A DNA stretch of 64,000 bases from a virus. Numbering within the stretch: the first letter of the stretch is position 1; each line of letters starts with the position of its first letter. The notes beneath the pieces were generated by a model, which was not told the origin of the DNA, ran no database searches, and worked only from the letters and a program-made list of their open reading frames with translations. Location: IMG/VR virus record IMGVR_UViG_3300032238_000599, positions 32,001 through 96,000 of that record. One strand, given 5' to 3'. This document shows, one piece after another, positions 37,865 through 48,900 of the stretch. The translations under genes were made by a program, and so were the position numbers.

Positions 37865-40800
37865 ATGGCAGAGTTTAAATTAAACAGGTTGAGATTCAAC
37901 TGGAGCGGACCATGGCAAGCAGCCAAGGCCTATAATAGAGACGCGATTGTAAGATATCGCGGATCAGCATACGTATGCCTAGTACCCCATACTTCGAACG
38001 CAAATTTTAACGTTGATCTTAATGCAGTGATTCCAGTCTGGGAAACTGTACTACAAGGTGTAGCATTTTTAGGAGATTGGACCACTACTACTATCTATAG
38101 CATAGGCGATGTTGTAGTAAACGGTGGTGCAGTCTATCGTTGTATTACTGGTCATACTAGCTCAGTGTTTGCAACCGATGCTGCCAACTGGGAAACTTTT
38201 TCTCAAACTGATAAATGGAGAGCTAGCTGGACTGTTAGCACAGCATATAGCCTTGGTGATATTGTTAAGTACGGCGGTATTGTTTATCGTTGTATAACTA
38301 ATCACACCTCTGCTATTAATACAATTTTAGGACTAGAAGACGACTTGAGCAAGTGGTCTGTATTTGATCAAGGAATTGATTATAAGGGAACATGGGGACA
38401 AAATACTCGTTACAAAGTTCAAGACATAGTAAAAGTTGGTGCTGATCTATGGAAATGTAAAACAGCACATACGTCAACAAGTATTTTTAATGCCGCATAT
38501 TTTGATCTATGGTTAGAAGGTGAAGAGTATGCAGGTGATTGGGATTCTAATGTATTCTATGACGAGGGAGACGTTGTCCGTTTTGGTGGTTACGATTACG
38601 TAAGTACTTTTGCAAATAACAGAGGCTACAATCCTGCAACATCTGCGCCAGCATGGGAACCAGTTACCCCAGGTTATGATTTTGAAGGTGATTGGCAACC
38701 AAATACAACATATCGTTTTAACAGCGTGGTTCGCCAAGGCGGTAACTTGTATGTTGCTAAAATAACAAATAATAATACTGAACCTCAAGTAGGAGTTGAA
38801 CGTTTTCAATATTATGCTTCAGGCAGTACAGGAACAACTTTACATTTAACAGCAGGTTATATTGCTAACTTACGTGTTGGTATGACTGTTACTGGCATCG
38901 GTTTCTCTAGTGGCCAACGAGTAATTGCTAATAATGGCGACAACGGCACCTACTATGAAGTAATTTTAGATCGTGCCCCAGACAGCACACCAAGTGGCCA
39001 ACTATCATTTATCGGTATTAGTCCTGCGTGGAACTGGGTATCTACTGGTGATGATTGGAAGGGATTTTGGTCAATTACTGCAAACTATAACGTTGGCGAT
39101 TTAGTTATTTGGCAAAATGCAACATTCCGTTGTATCAATCCTCACAGCTCTACAGCATTAACACGCCCCGATTTAGATACAACTAATAGTTACTGGATTA
39201 TTTTCTTATTACACGCTCGTTCTAACGCAGGTAATACAATCGGTGACTTAATTACCTATGACAGCGCCCAGAGAAAAACTGTAGCTAAGCCTATTGGAAC
39301 TGAAGAATTCTTATTAACATCAAAGAACGCTAATCCTAATTGGAAGAAAATATTTGCTCTTCCAATGATTTACTATGTCGGAACTAATGGAGTTGACGAC
39401 TCTCACCACGGTGATACATTAGATCGCCCATGGAAAACAGTTAACTATGCTTGTGCTCAAATTAAAGCAGGTATACTAAATCCTAACGCAAAAACTTTGC
39501 TGACTCAAAACAAAGCATGGTTAATTGAAGAAATGTATCAGTGGATGATATATCAAAAGAATAATAACCTAAGCCCGTTCACTACTGGAAGTGTTTTTGA
39601 CGAAACTAAAACTCGTCGTGATGCAGGGTTTGTTATTGACGCACTAATCTATGACATTAGTCGTGGCGGTAACAGTCAAACTGTTGCGGCAACTCTGGCT
39701 TATTTTAACATTGAAGCTGGCGGAACAAGTTTTGTTAACAGCACAGTTACAGCTGAAATGCCTTACTTTATTGCGGCATTAAATCAACTATTCACTTTAG
39801 TTGGATATACATTATCTAATACTTCTCCAGTAATAAGTTATCAATCAGCAAACGGTATTTCTTTAAATCTACAAACAAGTCAGTATTTAAATTATGCTTA
39901 TGTAAGTGAGTCTGGAACTTATACTCCTGCAAATTTAAGTACTAACAATATAACTAATAATTCTGCAATTAATTATACAATTAATGGTAAGCAAAATCCA
40001 ACATTGAATCTTGTAAGAGGCAACACATACACTTTCACTTCAAGTGTTAGTGGATCTCACCCGTTGTGGATTCAAACACAAAACGGCGGCTACAATGCGT
40101 CATATACTTACAATAGAGGTATAACAGGCAATGGTGCTAACAACGGATCTACTCTAACATTTACAGTCCCTTATGATGCGCCTGATGCTTTGTATTATCA
40201 GTGTCAGTACCACCCAGGAATGAATGGTAAAATCAAAATATACAATTCTTTTGACACCATTGTAGACTTACCAAGTGCTCAAACTAGTGTAACCGCACTA
40301 ACTAGTATTTTAAGTACTGCACTATCAGCAGTTAGTACAGCAAGTGTACCTCCTCCAAGCCAAGGCTTAGAAGCTACTGTTTTCGTTAAGACAGGGGTAT
40401 ACAATGAAGTACTACCAATTGTTGTGCCTGCAAATACTGCGGTTGTTGGAGATGAACTTCGTGGTACAGTAATACAACCTGCAACTGCTGTGACTATAAA
40501 AGCACTTGCGGCAGAATCAACAACAGCAACAATTACAGTGAATAACAGTACTCAACTAGTAGTTGGTATGCCTATACAATTTACAGCATCGTTTAGTACA
40601 GTTACTTTAGGTACTACTTATTATGTTCGTTCAAAGCCAACTATAACTAGTATTACTATTAGTTCATCATCATCTTTGACAAGCGTATATAATTTAACTA
40701 CTGCTACTAATTTGTCAATAACTGCCTATGCAGGCGATGCACTAAAAGACATGTTCCGTTTACAAAATGGTACTGGTCTAAGAAATATGACCTTAAAAGG

Positions 40801-43800
40801 ACTGTTAGGAACACTAACAGAACCAAATGAATTCTTAACACAGCGTCCTACAGGCGGAAGTTTTGCGTCATTAGATCCAGGAACTGGGCCGGGAGATTCA
40901 AGTGCGTGGATTATTCGTCGAAGCCCTTATGTTCAAAACGTAACTACTTTTGGACAAGGTTGTACAGGTATGAAAGTTGATGGAAATCTACATAATGGTG
41001 GAAATAAATCAATTGTTGCAAACGACTTTACACAAATTTTAAGTGACGGTATTGGCGCATGGATTACTGGAGCAGACTCTAAAGCAGAACTTGTTTCGGT
41101 ATTCTCGTACTATAACTATGCCGGTTATCTTGCAGAAAACGGCGGACGTATCCGTGCAACAAACGGTAACAGCTCATACGGTACGTTTGGTGTTATTGCT
41201 GAAGGATATGACACTAGCGAAACTCCGATTAGTGGTATAGTTTATAATAAGTCAACACAAGTACAGGCTACTGTACAAAGTGCTTATGGTCTAAATGCAC
41301 AGTTATTAAAGTTATCATACTCTAATGCAGGTAGCAACTATACACGACCAACTACTAATTTATTGAAGTATAGCAACAGTCCATCCAACGGTGTATGGTC
41401 TAACGATGCTACTATTGTGTTACAGCAAAATATTGCCGCCCCAATTGGATACGATAACGGCTGGACATTAACAGCATCATCTGCTACTGGCGATACCGGA
41501 TATATTCAACAAAATACAGCGATACCAGCAGCCGGTGGCAGTTTTACTGGGCTAAGTGGAACAACAAACGGAGGCGGATCTCTTGCTACATTTGACGTAG
41601 TAGTCGGTTCAGCTGGTTACAGCGTAACAATTAATAACCCTGGAACTGGTTTTGTTATTGGCAACACTATTCTAATACTAGGAACTCAACTAAACGGACA
41701 AACACCAGCTAACGATTTGACTATCACAGTGGCAAACGTAGCAGGTTCTGCAATTAGTCAAATTACTACCAGCGGAACTATTCCAGCTGGCTCTGATAGA
41801 TATTACATCTTAAGTGCATACGTTAAGAAAGGTACTAGCTCAACTTGTGATCTATATGCATTTTTCACAGGAAGCTCAACAAGAGGAACAGCATTAACTT
41901 ACAACTTCGATACAAATACCGTAACTGTTGCAAGCTCAGATGGTGCTGGCATGCTTCCTCCAGCAGGAACTTACGGTGCTATTCCACAATTATCAACTGG
42001 CTGGTATAGAATCTGGATGGCAGTTAATGACAACTTAGGTTTAAACACTAGCATTCAGTGGAGATTTTATCCAGCTGGACGTTCTGCGAGAACCGCAGGA
42101 CTATACACTCTGTTCTATGGCGCACAAGTTCAGTCAGAAACTACTGCAACAGCACTAAGTTACTATTTAGAACAACAAAATACTCGCTACACCGCGTATG
42201 CAAACTATAACATTAACAGTTCAGGAACAGGTGCAGTTGTAGTTGGTGACGAAATTCGAAGTCGATCAGTTTTTCAAACTAGAATTATCACTGTTGGTAC
42301 AAACGTTGGCGGTGGCGGATACTTAACCGCAAGTAACAGCGCACAAACTGGTACTAGCACTTACGTAACACTGGCACAGTCTGACAACAATACTGCCGAC
42401 AACTATATTAATATGCGGGTGTTTATTAATAGTGGGACTGGCGCTGGACAATATGGATTTATTACAGCATTTAATACTGTAACTAAAATTGCTCAAGTAT
42501 GTAAAGAATCATTTGATCCAATCACAGTTACTTCAACTACCACTGGTTCAAATTTATTTGGATTAGGTGGAAGTTTTGATACTACAGTACTATATCCAAA
42601 TATGCCTGTACAGTTTATTCCTACATATTATCCTTTAACTGTAACAAGTTCTTCTAACGGAACAGTATCAGTAACAGGAACTGTTGGCGGACTATTTAAC
42701 TATGTAACAGTATCAAGCACAGCTAACCTACGAGTAGGAACAACTGTTACTTTTACAGGCAACTTACCTTCAGGTAATTTAGTTACAGGATACACATATT
42801 ATATTACAGCAGTTATTAACAGTAACAATATTCAACTAGCCACAACTGCTTTTGGCAGTACATGGCAATTAACAACAGCCGCAGGCGGTTATACTTTAGC
42901 ATATCCAAACGGTACTGGATATCTAAGTGGAACAAACATTACTTCAAACATGACTGCTAATATGCCGGTGGTATTTACCGGGCAAGCATTTGGCGGTGTA
43001 ACTACTGCTAGAACATATTATGTAAATGATATTATTGATAGTAATACTTTTACAATTTCAAATTCACTGGTACCGATTACGGTTACTGCAAGTAACTCAA
43101 GCGGAAATATATACACTACATCAGATACTTCTGTATTAACTTCATTGAATCCTATATATTTCAGCGGAGCTTCATTGTTTGGGTTGGTTGGAATATCTTC
43201 AAGTACAAAGTACTATGTAAGTAAGATTCAGTCAGCAACAACATTTACTATTGCATCGAATTTAATTACAACTACAGCAACTGAAACAGCTCAAACAACT
43301 AACCTAGTTACTGTTACTAGCACCGTTGGATTCTCAGTTAATAGTCCAATTATATTCACAGGCGTTTCATTTGGTAATATTATATCTGAGCGTGTTTACT
43401 ATATTCTAGCTATTAATAACTCAACTACTTTAACAATATCAACGGTTCAAGGTGGCGCCGCAGTAAATCAATTTAATGCTACAGGAAATATGAGCGTAAG
43501 AACAGCAACTCCTGATCTAACCTTAACAACTGTAGGATCGGGTTCTATGACTGGAACCACAACTGCTATCAAAACTATTACCACTCAAGGTACTGGTTCC
43601 ATGACAGCAACTATTTCTACCCCACTGTATGGCGGTTCAAATATTACAGCAGGAACAATTTATTACGTACTAGCAACCCCTTCAAGTAGCACATTTACTA
43701 TAACAGCTACTCCTGGTGGAAGTACAGCAGTTAACCTTTCAACAGGTTCTGGTTCTATGAGCTTGGTAGCTGTAGGATGGGATCATATTAACCAAGGAAC

Positions 43801-45883
43801 ACCTATTGCTTCAAGTCTTGACAGCTCTAGTTTATACTATATTGAACCAAGAATTACATTTAGTGATCCTCAGTTTACACAAACAGCTACTACTTTATAT
43901 ACACTAGCTGGAGGAACTACTTATAACTCAGCTGCCTATGGTAACGGTACATGGCTTGCACTACCTAGTCAATATGCAGTAGGAGCAGTAAGTACTAACG
44001 GCACAATCTGGTCAGCAATTACACTACCAACATCTGGTAACTTTGTAAGTTGTGCATTTGGTAATAATTACTTTGTAGGTATTGCAGGTAGTCCTGCAAC
44101 TTGTATCTATTCAAATAGCAACGGCGCCACTTGGAAAACAGCAACTCTTCCAGGAGCAAGCAACATTGGATGGTCAGCAGTTGAATACGGTGCTGGTAGA
44201 TTTGTAGCAATTTCACAAACACCCTCAACTACGGGCGCATACTCAGATGACTTTGGTAAAACATGGACATCAAGTACTATCATTCAAGGTGCATGGAATG
44301 ACTTAGCCTATGGTAACGGAGTATGGGTAGCAGTTGCTACATACTCAGTTGGATTACCTAAGACACTAATGTATAGTACAACCAACGGAGCATCTTGGAC
44401 TGATAACAGTTCTGCGGCAAATACAGCGGCAGTTAATTATGCAAGTGTTACATTTGGTAACGGACGATTTGTTGCAGTATCGGGAAGTATTGGAACACAA
44501 TACGCTATCTGGAGTTTAGACGGTATCAACTGGACAGCATCACTAAACCCTGTGCAAGCAACTAAGATTTCATACGGTAACGGAGTATTCTTAGCAATTA
44601 ATCCAGGACAGTCAACAGCTTATATCAGTGAAGACGGAAGTACTTGGAAACAACGTACAGTTGGTGCCGCAAGTTATAGTGCTATGACGTTTGGTCTAGA
44701 CAACAACGGTGTTGGATACTTTGGAACCTTCACAGGTCAAAATGCAGGTACTTTAATTAACGCAGGTATACGAACAAAAGGTCGTCCTATTGTAGTAAGT
44801 AACGTAATTACTGCTATTAATTTATGGGAACCAGGCAGCGGGTACACTTCTACACCGAGTATTGCATTTACAGATCCTAATTCCACTGCTATTGCACAGA
44901 CACAAATTAGAGTCGGTAATGGGGTTCTATCTAATCCGACAATTATTAGCAGAGGAACTGGTTATAGTATTACTACAACATTAATTGCAATTACTGGTAA
45001 TGGTTACGCAGATCAATATCAAAATGGATATACCCTAATTGCTAATAATTTGACAAGAATTCCAAGTCCTGGAGATAACTTGTTAATTGCAGGAGATCCT
45101 GTAACCTATAAAGTTACTAGTGCTACAGCAATTTACGGAACAACTTCTCCTAATATCGAAGCAAATATTGCTGTCAGCCCTAACATTGCTGTTGCAAGTA
45201 GTCCAGAAGATAGTGCCGCAATTAGTATCCGTACAAAATATAGTCAAGTGCGTTTAACAAATCATGACTTCTTAAGTATTGGATACGGAAACTTTGAAGA
45301 AACTGCATATCCTAATGTACCAACATTGAGATTATCTGCACAGAATCAAACAATTGAAACTAATTATGGTCGTGTGTTCTACACAAGTACCGACCAAGAC
45401 GGTAACTTTAAAGTTGGTACGCTATTTGGAGTTGAGCAAGCAACTGGTATTATTACGCTAAGTGCTAGCCAGTTTGGACTTTCTGGACTATCTAGCTTGA
45501 GCTTGGGAGGTATCGCAGTTGGCGGATCTAGTGTAGTTATTACACAGTTTAGTACTGACGGATCGTTTGTAGCAAACAGCGACAGTATTATTCCAACACA
45601 AAAAGCAATTAAAACTTATCTAACTTCTAGATTAAGCCAGGGCGGTAGTAATACTGCTACTGGTAACTTAATTGCTGGCGTAATTACAGTAGGCGGCGCA
45701 GATAAAATTGGTGATACTGTTCCTGTAGGAACACAAGGTAGCTCAATTAACGTAAAAAATCGTATGGTTTTCAGTGGCCCGTCAGCAGGTGTTGGCGGAA
45801 GTATAGCTGCCGTAGATATGTTCTACAATAGCTTCAACAAACGAGGTGATGATATTAGTAATGACGGACAATATTGGGGTTAA
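37865..45883 (+). CDS. Giant virion fibre/adhesin (2672 aa)
   Basis: N-terminal CBM5/12-like repeats (W...Y..GD.V...G..Y.C...H.S), a split beta-helix, a cupredoxin-like insert, YYV-type repeats and BNR-like propeller repeats (S.DG..W); AATAAATA promoter at 37819-37826. Confidence 0.7.
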   Translation: MAEFKLNRLRFNWSGPWQAAKAYNRDAIVRYRGSAYVCLVPHTSNANFNVDLNAVIPVWETVLQGVAFLGDWTTTTIYSIGDVVVNGGAVYRCITGHTSSVFATDAANWETFSQTDKWRASWTVSTAYSLGDIVKYGGIVYRCITNHTSAINTILGLEDDLSKWSVFDQGIDYKGTWGQNTRYKVQDIVKVGADLWKCKTAHTSTSIFNAAYFDLWLEGEEYAGDWDSNVFYDEGDVVRFGGYDYVSTFANNRGYNPATSAPAWEPVTPGYDFEGDWQPNTTYRFNSVVRQGGNLYVAKITNNNTEPQVGVERFQYYASGSTGTTLHLTAGYIANLRVGMTVTGIGFSSGQRVIANNGDNGTYYEVILDRAPDSTPSGQLSFIGISPAWNWVSTGDDWKGFWSITANYNVGDLVIWQNATFRCINPHSSTALTRPDLDTTNSYWIIFLLHARSNAGNTIGDLITYDSAQRKTVAKPIGTEEFLLTSKNANPNWKKIFALPMIYYVGTNGVDDSHHGDTLDRPWKTVNYACAQIKAGILNPNAKTLLTQNKAWLIEEMYQWMIYQKNNNLSPFTTGSVFDETKTRRDAGFVIDALIYDISRGGNSQTVAATLAYFNIEAGGTSFVNSTVTAEMPYFIAALNQLFTLVGYTLSNTSPVISYQSANGISLNLQTSQYLNYAYVSESGTYTPANLSTNNITNNSAINYTINGKQNPTLNLVRGNTYTFTSSVSGSHPLWIQTQNGGYNASYTYNRGITGNGANNGSTLTFTVPYDAPDALYYQCQYHPGMNGKIKIYNSFDTIVDLPSAQTSVTALTSILSTALSAVSTASVPPPSQGLEATVFVKTGVYNEVLPIVVPANTAVVGDELRGTVIQPATAVTIKALAAESTTATITVNNSTQLVVGMPIQFTASFSTVTLGTTYYVRSKPTITSITISSSSSLTSVYNLTTATNLSITAYAGDALKDMFRLQNGTGLRNMTLKGLLGTLTEPNEFLTQRPTGGSFASLDPGTGPGDSSAWIIRRSPYVQNVTTFGQGCTGMKVDGNLHNGGNKSIVANDFTQILSDGIGAWITGADSKAELVSVFSYYNYAGYLAENGGRIRATNGNSSYGTFGVIAEGYDTSETPISGIVYNKSTQVQATVQSAYGLNAQLLKLSYSNAGSNYTRPTTNLLKYSNSPSNGVWSNDATIVLQQNIAAPIGYDNGWTLTASSATGDTGYIQQNTAIPAAGGSFTGLSGTTNGGGSLATFDVVVGSAGYSVTINNPGTGFVIGNTILILGTQLNGQTPANDLTITVANVAGSAISQITTSGTIPAGSDRYYILSAYVKKGTSSTCDLYAFFTGSSTRGTALTYNFDTNTVTVASSDGAGMLPPAGTYGAIPQLSTGWYRIWMAVNDNLGLNTSIQWRFYPAGRSARTAGLYTLFYGAQVQSETTATALSYYLEQQNTRYTAYANYNINSSGTGAVVVGDEIRSRSVFQTRIITVGTNVGGGGYLTASNSAQTGTSTYVTLAQSDNNTADNYINMRVFINSGTGAGQYGFITAFNTVTKIAQVCKESFDPITVTSTTTGSNLFGLGGSFDTTVLYPNMPVQFIPTYYPLTVTSSSNGTVSVTGTVGGLFNYVTVSSTANLRVGTTVTFTGNLPSGNLVTGYTYYITAVINSNNIQLATTAFGSTWQLTTAAGGYTLAYPNGTGYLSGTNITSNMTANMPVVFTGQAFGGVTTARTYYVNDIIDSNTFTISNSLVPITVTASNSSGNIYTTSDTSVLTSLNPIYFSGASLFGLVGISSSTKYYVSKIQSATTFTIASNLITTTATETAQTTNLVTVTSTVGFSVNSPIIFTGVSFGNIISERVYYILAINNSTTLTISTVQGGAAVNQFNATGNMSVRTATPDLTLTTVGSGSMTGTTTAIKTITTQGTGSMTATISTPLYGGSNITAGTIYYVLATPSSSTFTITATPGGSTAVNLSTGSGSMSLVAVGWDHINQGTPIASSLDSSSLYYIEPRITFSDPQFTQTATTLYTLAGGTTYNSAAYGNGTWLALPSQYAVGAVSTNGTIWSAITLPTSGNFVSCAFGNNYFVGIAGSPATCIYSNSNGATWKTATLPGASNIGWSAVEYGAGRFVAISQTPSTTGAYSDDFGKTWTSSTIIQGAWNDLAYGNGVWVAVATYSVGLPKTLMYSTTNGASWTDNSSAANTAAVNYASVTFGNGRFVAVSGSIGTQYAIWSLDGINWTASLNPVQATKISYGNGVFLAINPGQSTAYISEDGSTWKQRTVGAASYSAMTFGLDNNGVGYFGTFTGQNAGTLINAGIRTKGRPIVVSNVITAINLWEPGSGYTSTPSIAFTDPNSTAIAQTQIRVGNGVLSNPTIISRGTGYSITTTLIAITGNGYADQYQNGYTLIANNLTRIPSPGDNLLIAGDPVTYKVTSATAIYGTTSPNIEANIAVSPNIAVASSPEDSAAISIRTKYSQVRLTNHDFLSIGYGNFEETAYPNVPTLRLSAQNQTIETNYGRVFYTSTDQDGNFKVGTLFGVEQATGIITLSASQFGLSGLSSLSLGGIAVGGSSVVITQFSTDGSFVANSDSIIPTQKAIKTYLTSRLSQGGSNTATGNLIAGVITVGGADKIGDTVPVGTQGSSINVKNRMVFSGPSAGVGGSIAAVDMFYNSFNKRGDDISNDGQYWG

Positions 45884-45922
45884 TTCGACATTAGATAAAT
45901 ATCATTAGAGGAATAAAAAAAC

Positions 45923-48900
45923 ATGGCTGAATTTAAATTAGGTAGAATTAAGTTTGTATGGAAGGGCGCATGGGTAGGAAATACTGCGTATCTTGTTGAC
46001 GATGCAGTATCATATAACGGTAAGAGTTATATGTGCGTTGTAAGCCATACTGCAAACTCATCATCTTTTGAAACTGATCTTACTGCTGTAACTCCCAAGT
46101 GGCAACTAGCCGCCGACGGAGCAAGCTGGAAGGGCAATTGGGCAACTAACACTTATTATGCTGTTGGAAGCCAGGTTAAGTATGGTGGTCAAGTTTATCT
46201 ATGTAAAACAGCTCACACTAGTGCCGCAACTGCCGCACTAGGATTAGAAGCAGATTCAGGCAAGTGGGATTTATTTGCAAGTTCTTTCGTTTGGAAGGGT
46301 GCGTGGACTACAAGTACACGTTATAAAGTAAACGACTTTGTAACTTACGGCGGCATTAGTTATGTTTGTAAGACTTATCACACCAGTGCGGCAACCGCGG
46401 CAGATGGTCTAGAAGTTGATATTCTTAAATGGGACGTATTAAATGCTGGCATTAACTATATCGGTGCATGGAGCGGTAGTTCTGTAAGATATAAACTTAA
46501 TGATGTAGTTAAGTTTGGTGCTGACTTGTGGATTTGTACAGGTGCTCACACATCGACAGGCTCAACTATTGACCTTGTAAACTTTGATATATTCATCAAC
46601 GGATTTGAATTCTTAAATAGTTGGAGCAGTGGAACAAATTACGCAATTGGTGATACTGTAACTTATGGTGGTTACACTTATATTGCCTTAGACAATCATA
46701 TAAACAAAGTTCCAAGTACAGAAACTGCCTATTGGACACCATTTACAACCGGATTTAATTTCCGTGGAGAATGGTCTGGCGCAACACAATACTTAATCGG
46801 TGACGTTGTTCGAGTTGGTGGATACACCTATCTAGCAAACGGAGATAGTTTAAACTCAGCTCCACCTAGCGGCGACTGGTCAAGATTAAATTCAGGTATC
46901 CGTTTTGTTAATACAACAGCAAGTTATACAACAGTTTCAACAACAAACGTAACAGTTACCAACGGTTCAGCAACTGGCGCTCAATTTACTGTTGCTCGTT
47001 CTAATACTGTTTACACATTAACAAGAACTGCTAACGGTAGTAACTATACCAGTGGCGACATTATTAAGATTTTAGGTACTGCCGTAGGCGGACAAACTCC
47101 ATCTAACGATATTACTATTACAGTAACAGCAAGTGCAGGTTCTATCACAGGACAAACTCATACTGGTGTTGCAGTAACATGGACAACCGGTACTGCTTAT
47201 GTAGCAGGCGATGCTGTACAATATGGCGCTAACACATACATTTGTATTCTAGCACATACAGCTGATTCTAGCAAGCGTCCCGACGCAGATGTACTAGGTA
47301 CATATTGGAACTTGTTGACTGCTGGTGCTGAAAGTAATGCTTTAACAACAACTGGTGACACTTACTACTATGGTAGTGCAGGTCCTGCACGTTTGCCAGT
47401 AGGTAACGAAGGACAAGTCCTACGTGTTAATAGCGGATTGCCAAGTTGGGGTTATTTTGGACAAGTTAATAACTTAATTTATGTCGCTCCAACAGGTACT
47501 GACCGTACTGACTTTGGTATTACTCCAGAAAATCCATTGAAGACAGTTCGTTATGCAGCCAAATTAATTGAAGACGGCTATTTAAATCAGAATGCCTGTG
47601 CGTTGTTAGCAAAGAATAAACAATTTGCTATTAAAGAAGTTAACAATTATCTACAATATACTTACAGAACAAGTGTAACTGGTACTAGTGGTGGCGCATT
47701 CACAACTGCTAATACATCAAAACTAGTTGTTAATACACCTATCACTTTTACTAATCAAACAGGAAGTTTAACTTTAGGTGGAAGTGCAATTACTAGCACT
47801 ACTGTTTATTATGTAAAAGCAATTACTACTGATATTAGTTTCACAGTTTCTGCTACAGCCGGCGGTGCCGCATTAGTAGCCGGCGGTACTGGAACCGCAA
47901 CTGGACAATATTACGTAGATCAAACTAAAGCAGAACGAGATTCTGGATTTGTTTACGAAGCGATCGTTCATGACTTAGGTCATAACGGCACATGGAAAAC
48001 CACAGCCGCAGTTCGTTCATACTACACAACTGCTGGAACTAACTATATTACAGCACAAACTGGATATCAAATTACTCAGTTTGCCGCTGGACAATTATAC
48101 TTAAAAACTTTAATCCAAAAGATTTTAGCCAATACTGCTCCATCGAGCAATTATCAAACACTGAACTCTGTTGTTACTACTGCTAATCAAATTATTGATA
48201 CTACATTAACAGCAGAAACAGGTGCAGTTACCACTACAAATACTTTAGTAGATCTTGTAGTTAACGGAATGTTAGCTGGTTCTACAACAAGCCTAGCCGC
48301 AGAAGTATTCCCAAACACTACAATCAGCATTAAAACTGGTACATACAATGAAGTACTACCAATTGTACTTTCAAGCAATACCGCAGTTGTTGGTGATGAA
48401 TTACGTTCAACAGTCATTCAGCCTAAGGCTGCTAACGGATTATTAAGTGGTGACAAGGCAAAAACCACTGCCGCACTAAATCGTATTAAAGCTGTTATTC
48501 CTGACTTAGTTGCAAACACTACTATTAGTGCAACTAGCGGTAATACACAAACGCAAATAAAAACATTACCAGCAGGCAGTGCAGGTAGCACCGCGGCATC
48601 GACCGCCGTAGTATCAAGTGTTGGGGTAATGAACAGTATTGTTGCCGGTGGACTATCAAATGTCCCAGCATTTAGCTACACAACGCCTACAGGTTACAAC
48701 TCAAGTTATTTGATCGGTTTTGGTGACGGCAAAGCACAACTTGTACAGAACTATCAATTTATTAAAGATGAGATTTCAGCTTACTTAAACACTAACTATC
48801 CAGTAGTATGGGCGGCTTTAGGTGCAGGCGGCCAAGCAAGTTGCCAACGTGACGTTGGATACATGTTAGATGCAGTTGTATATGATATGACTTACGGATC

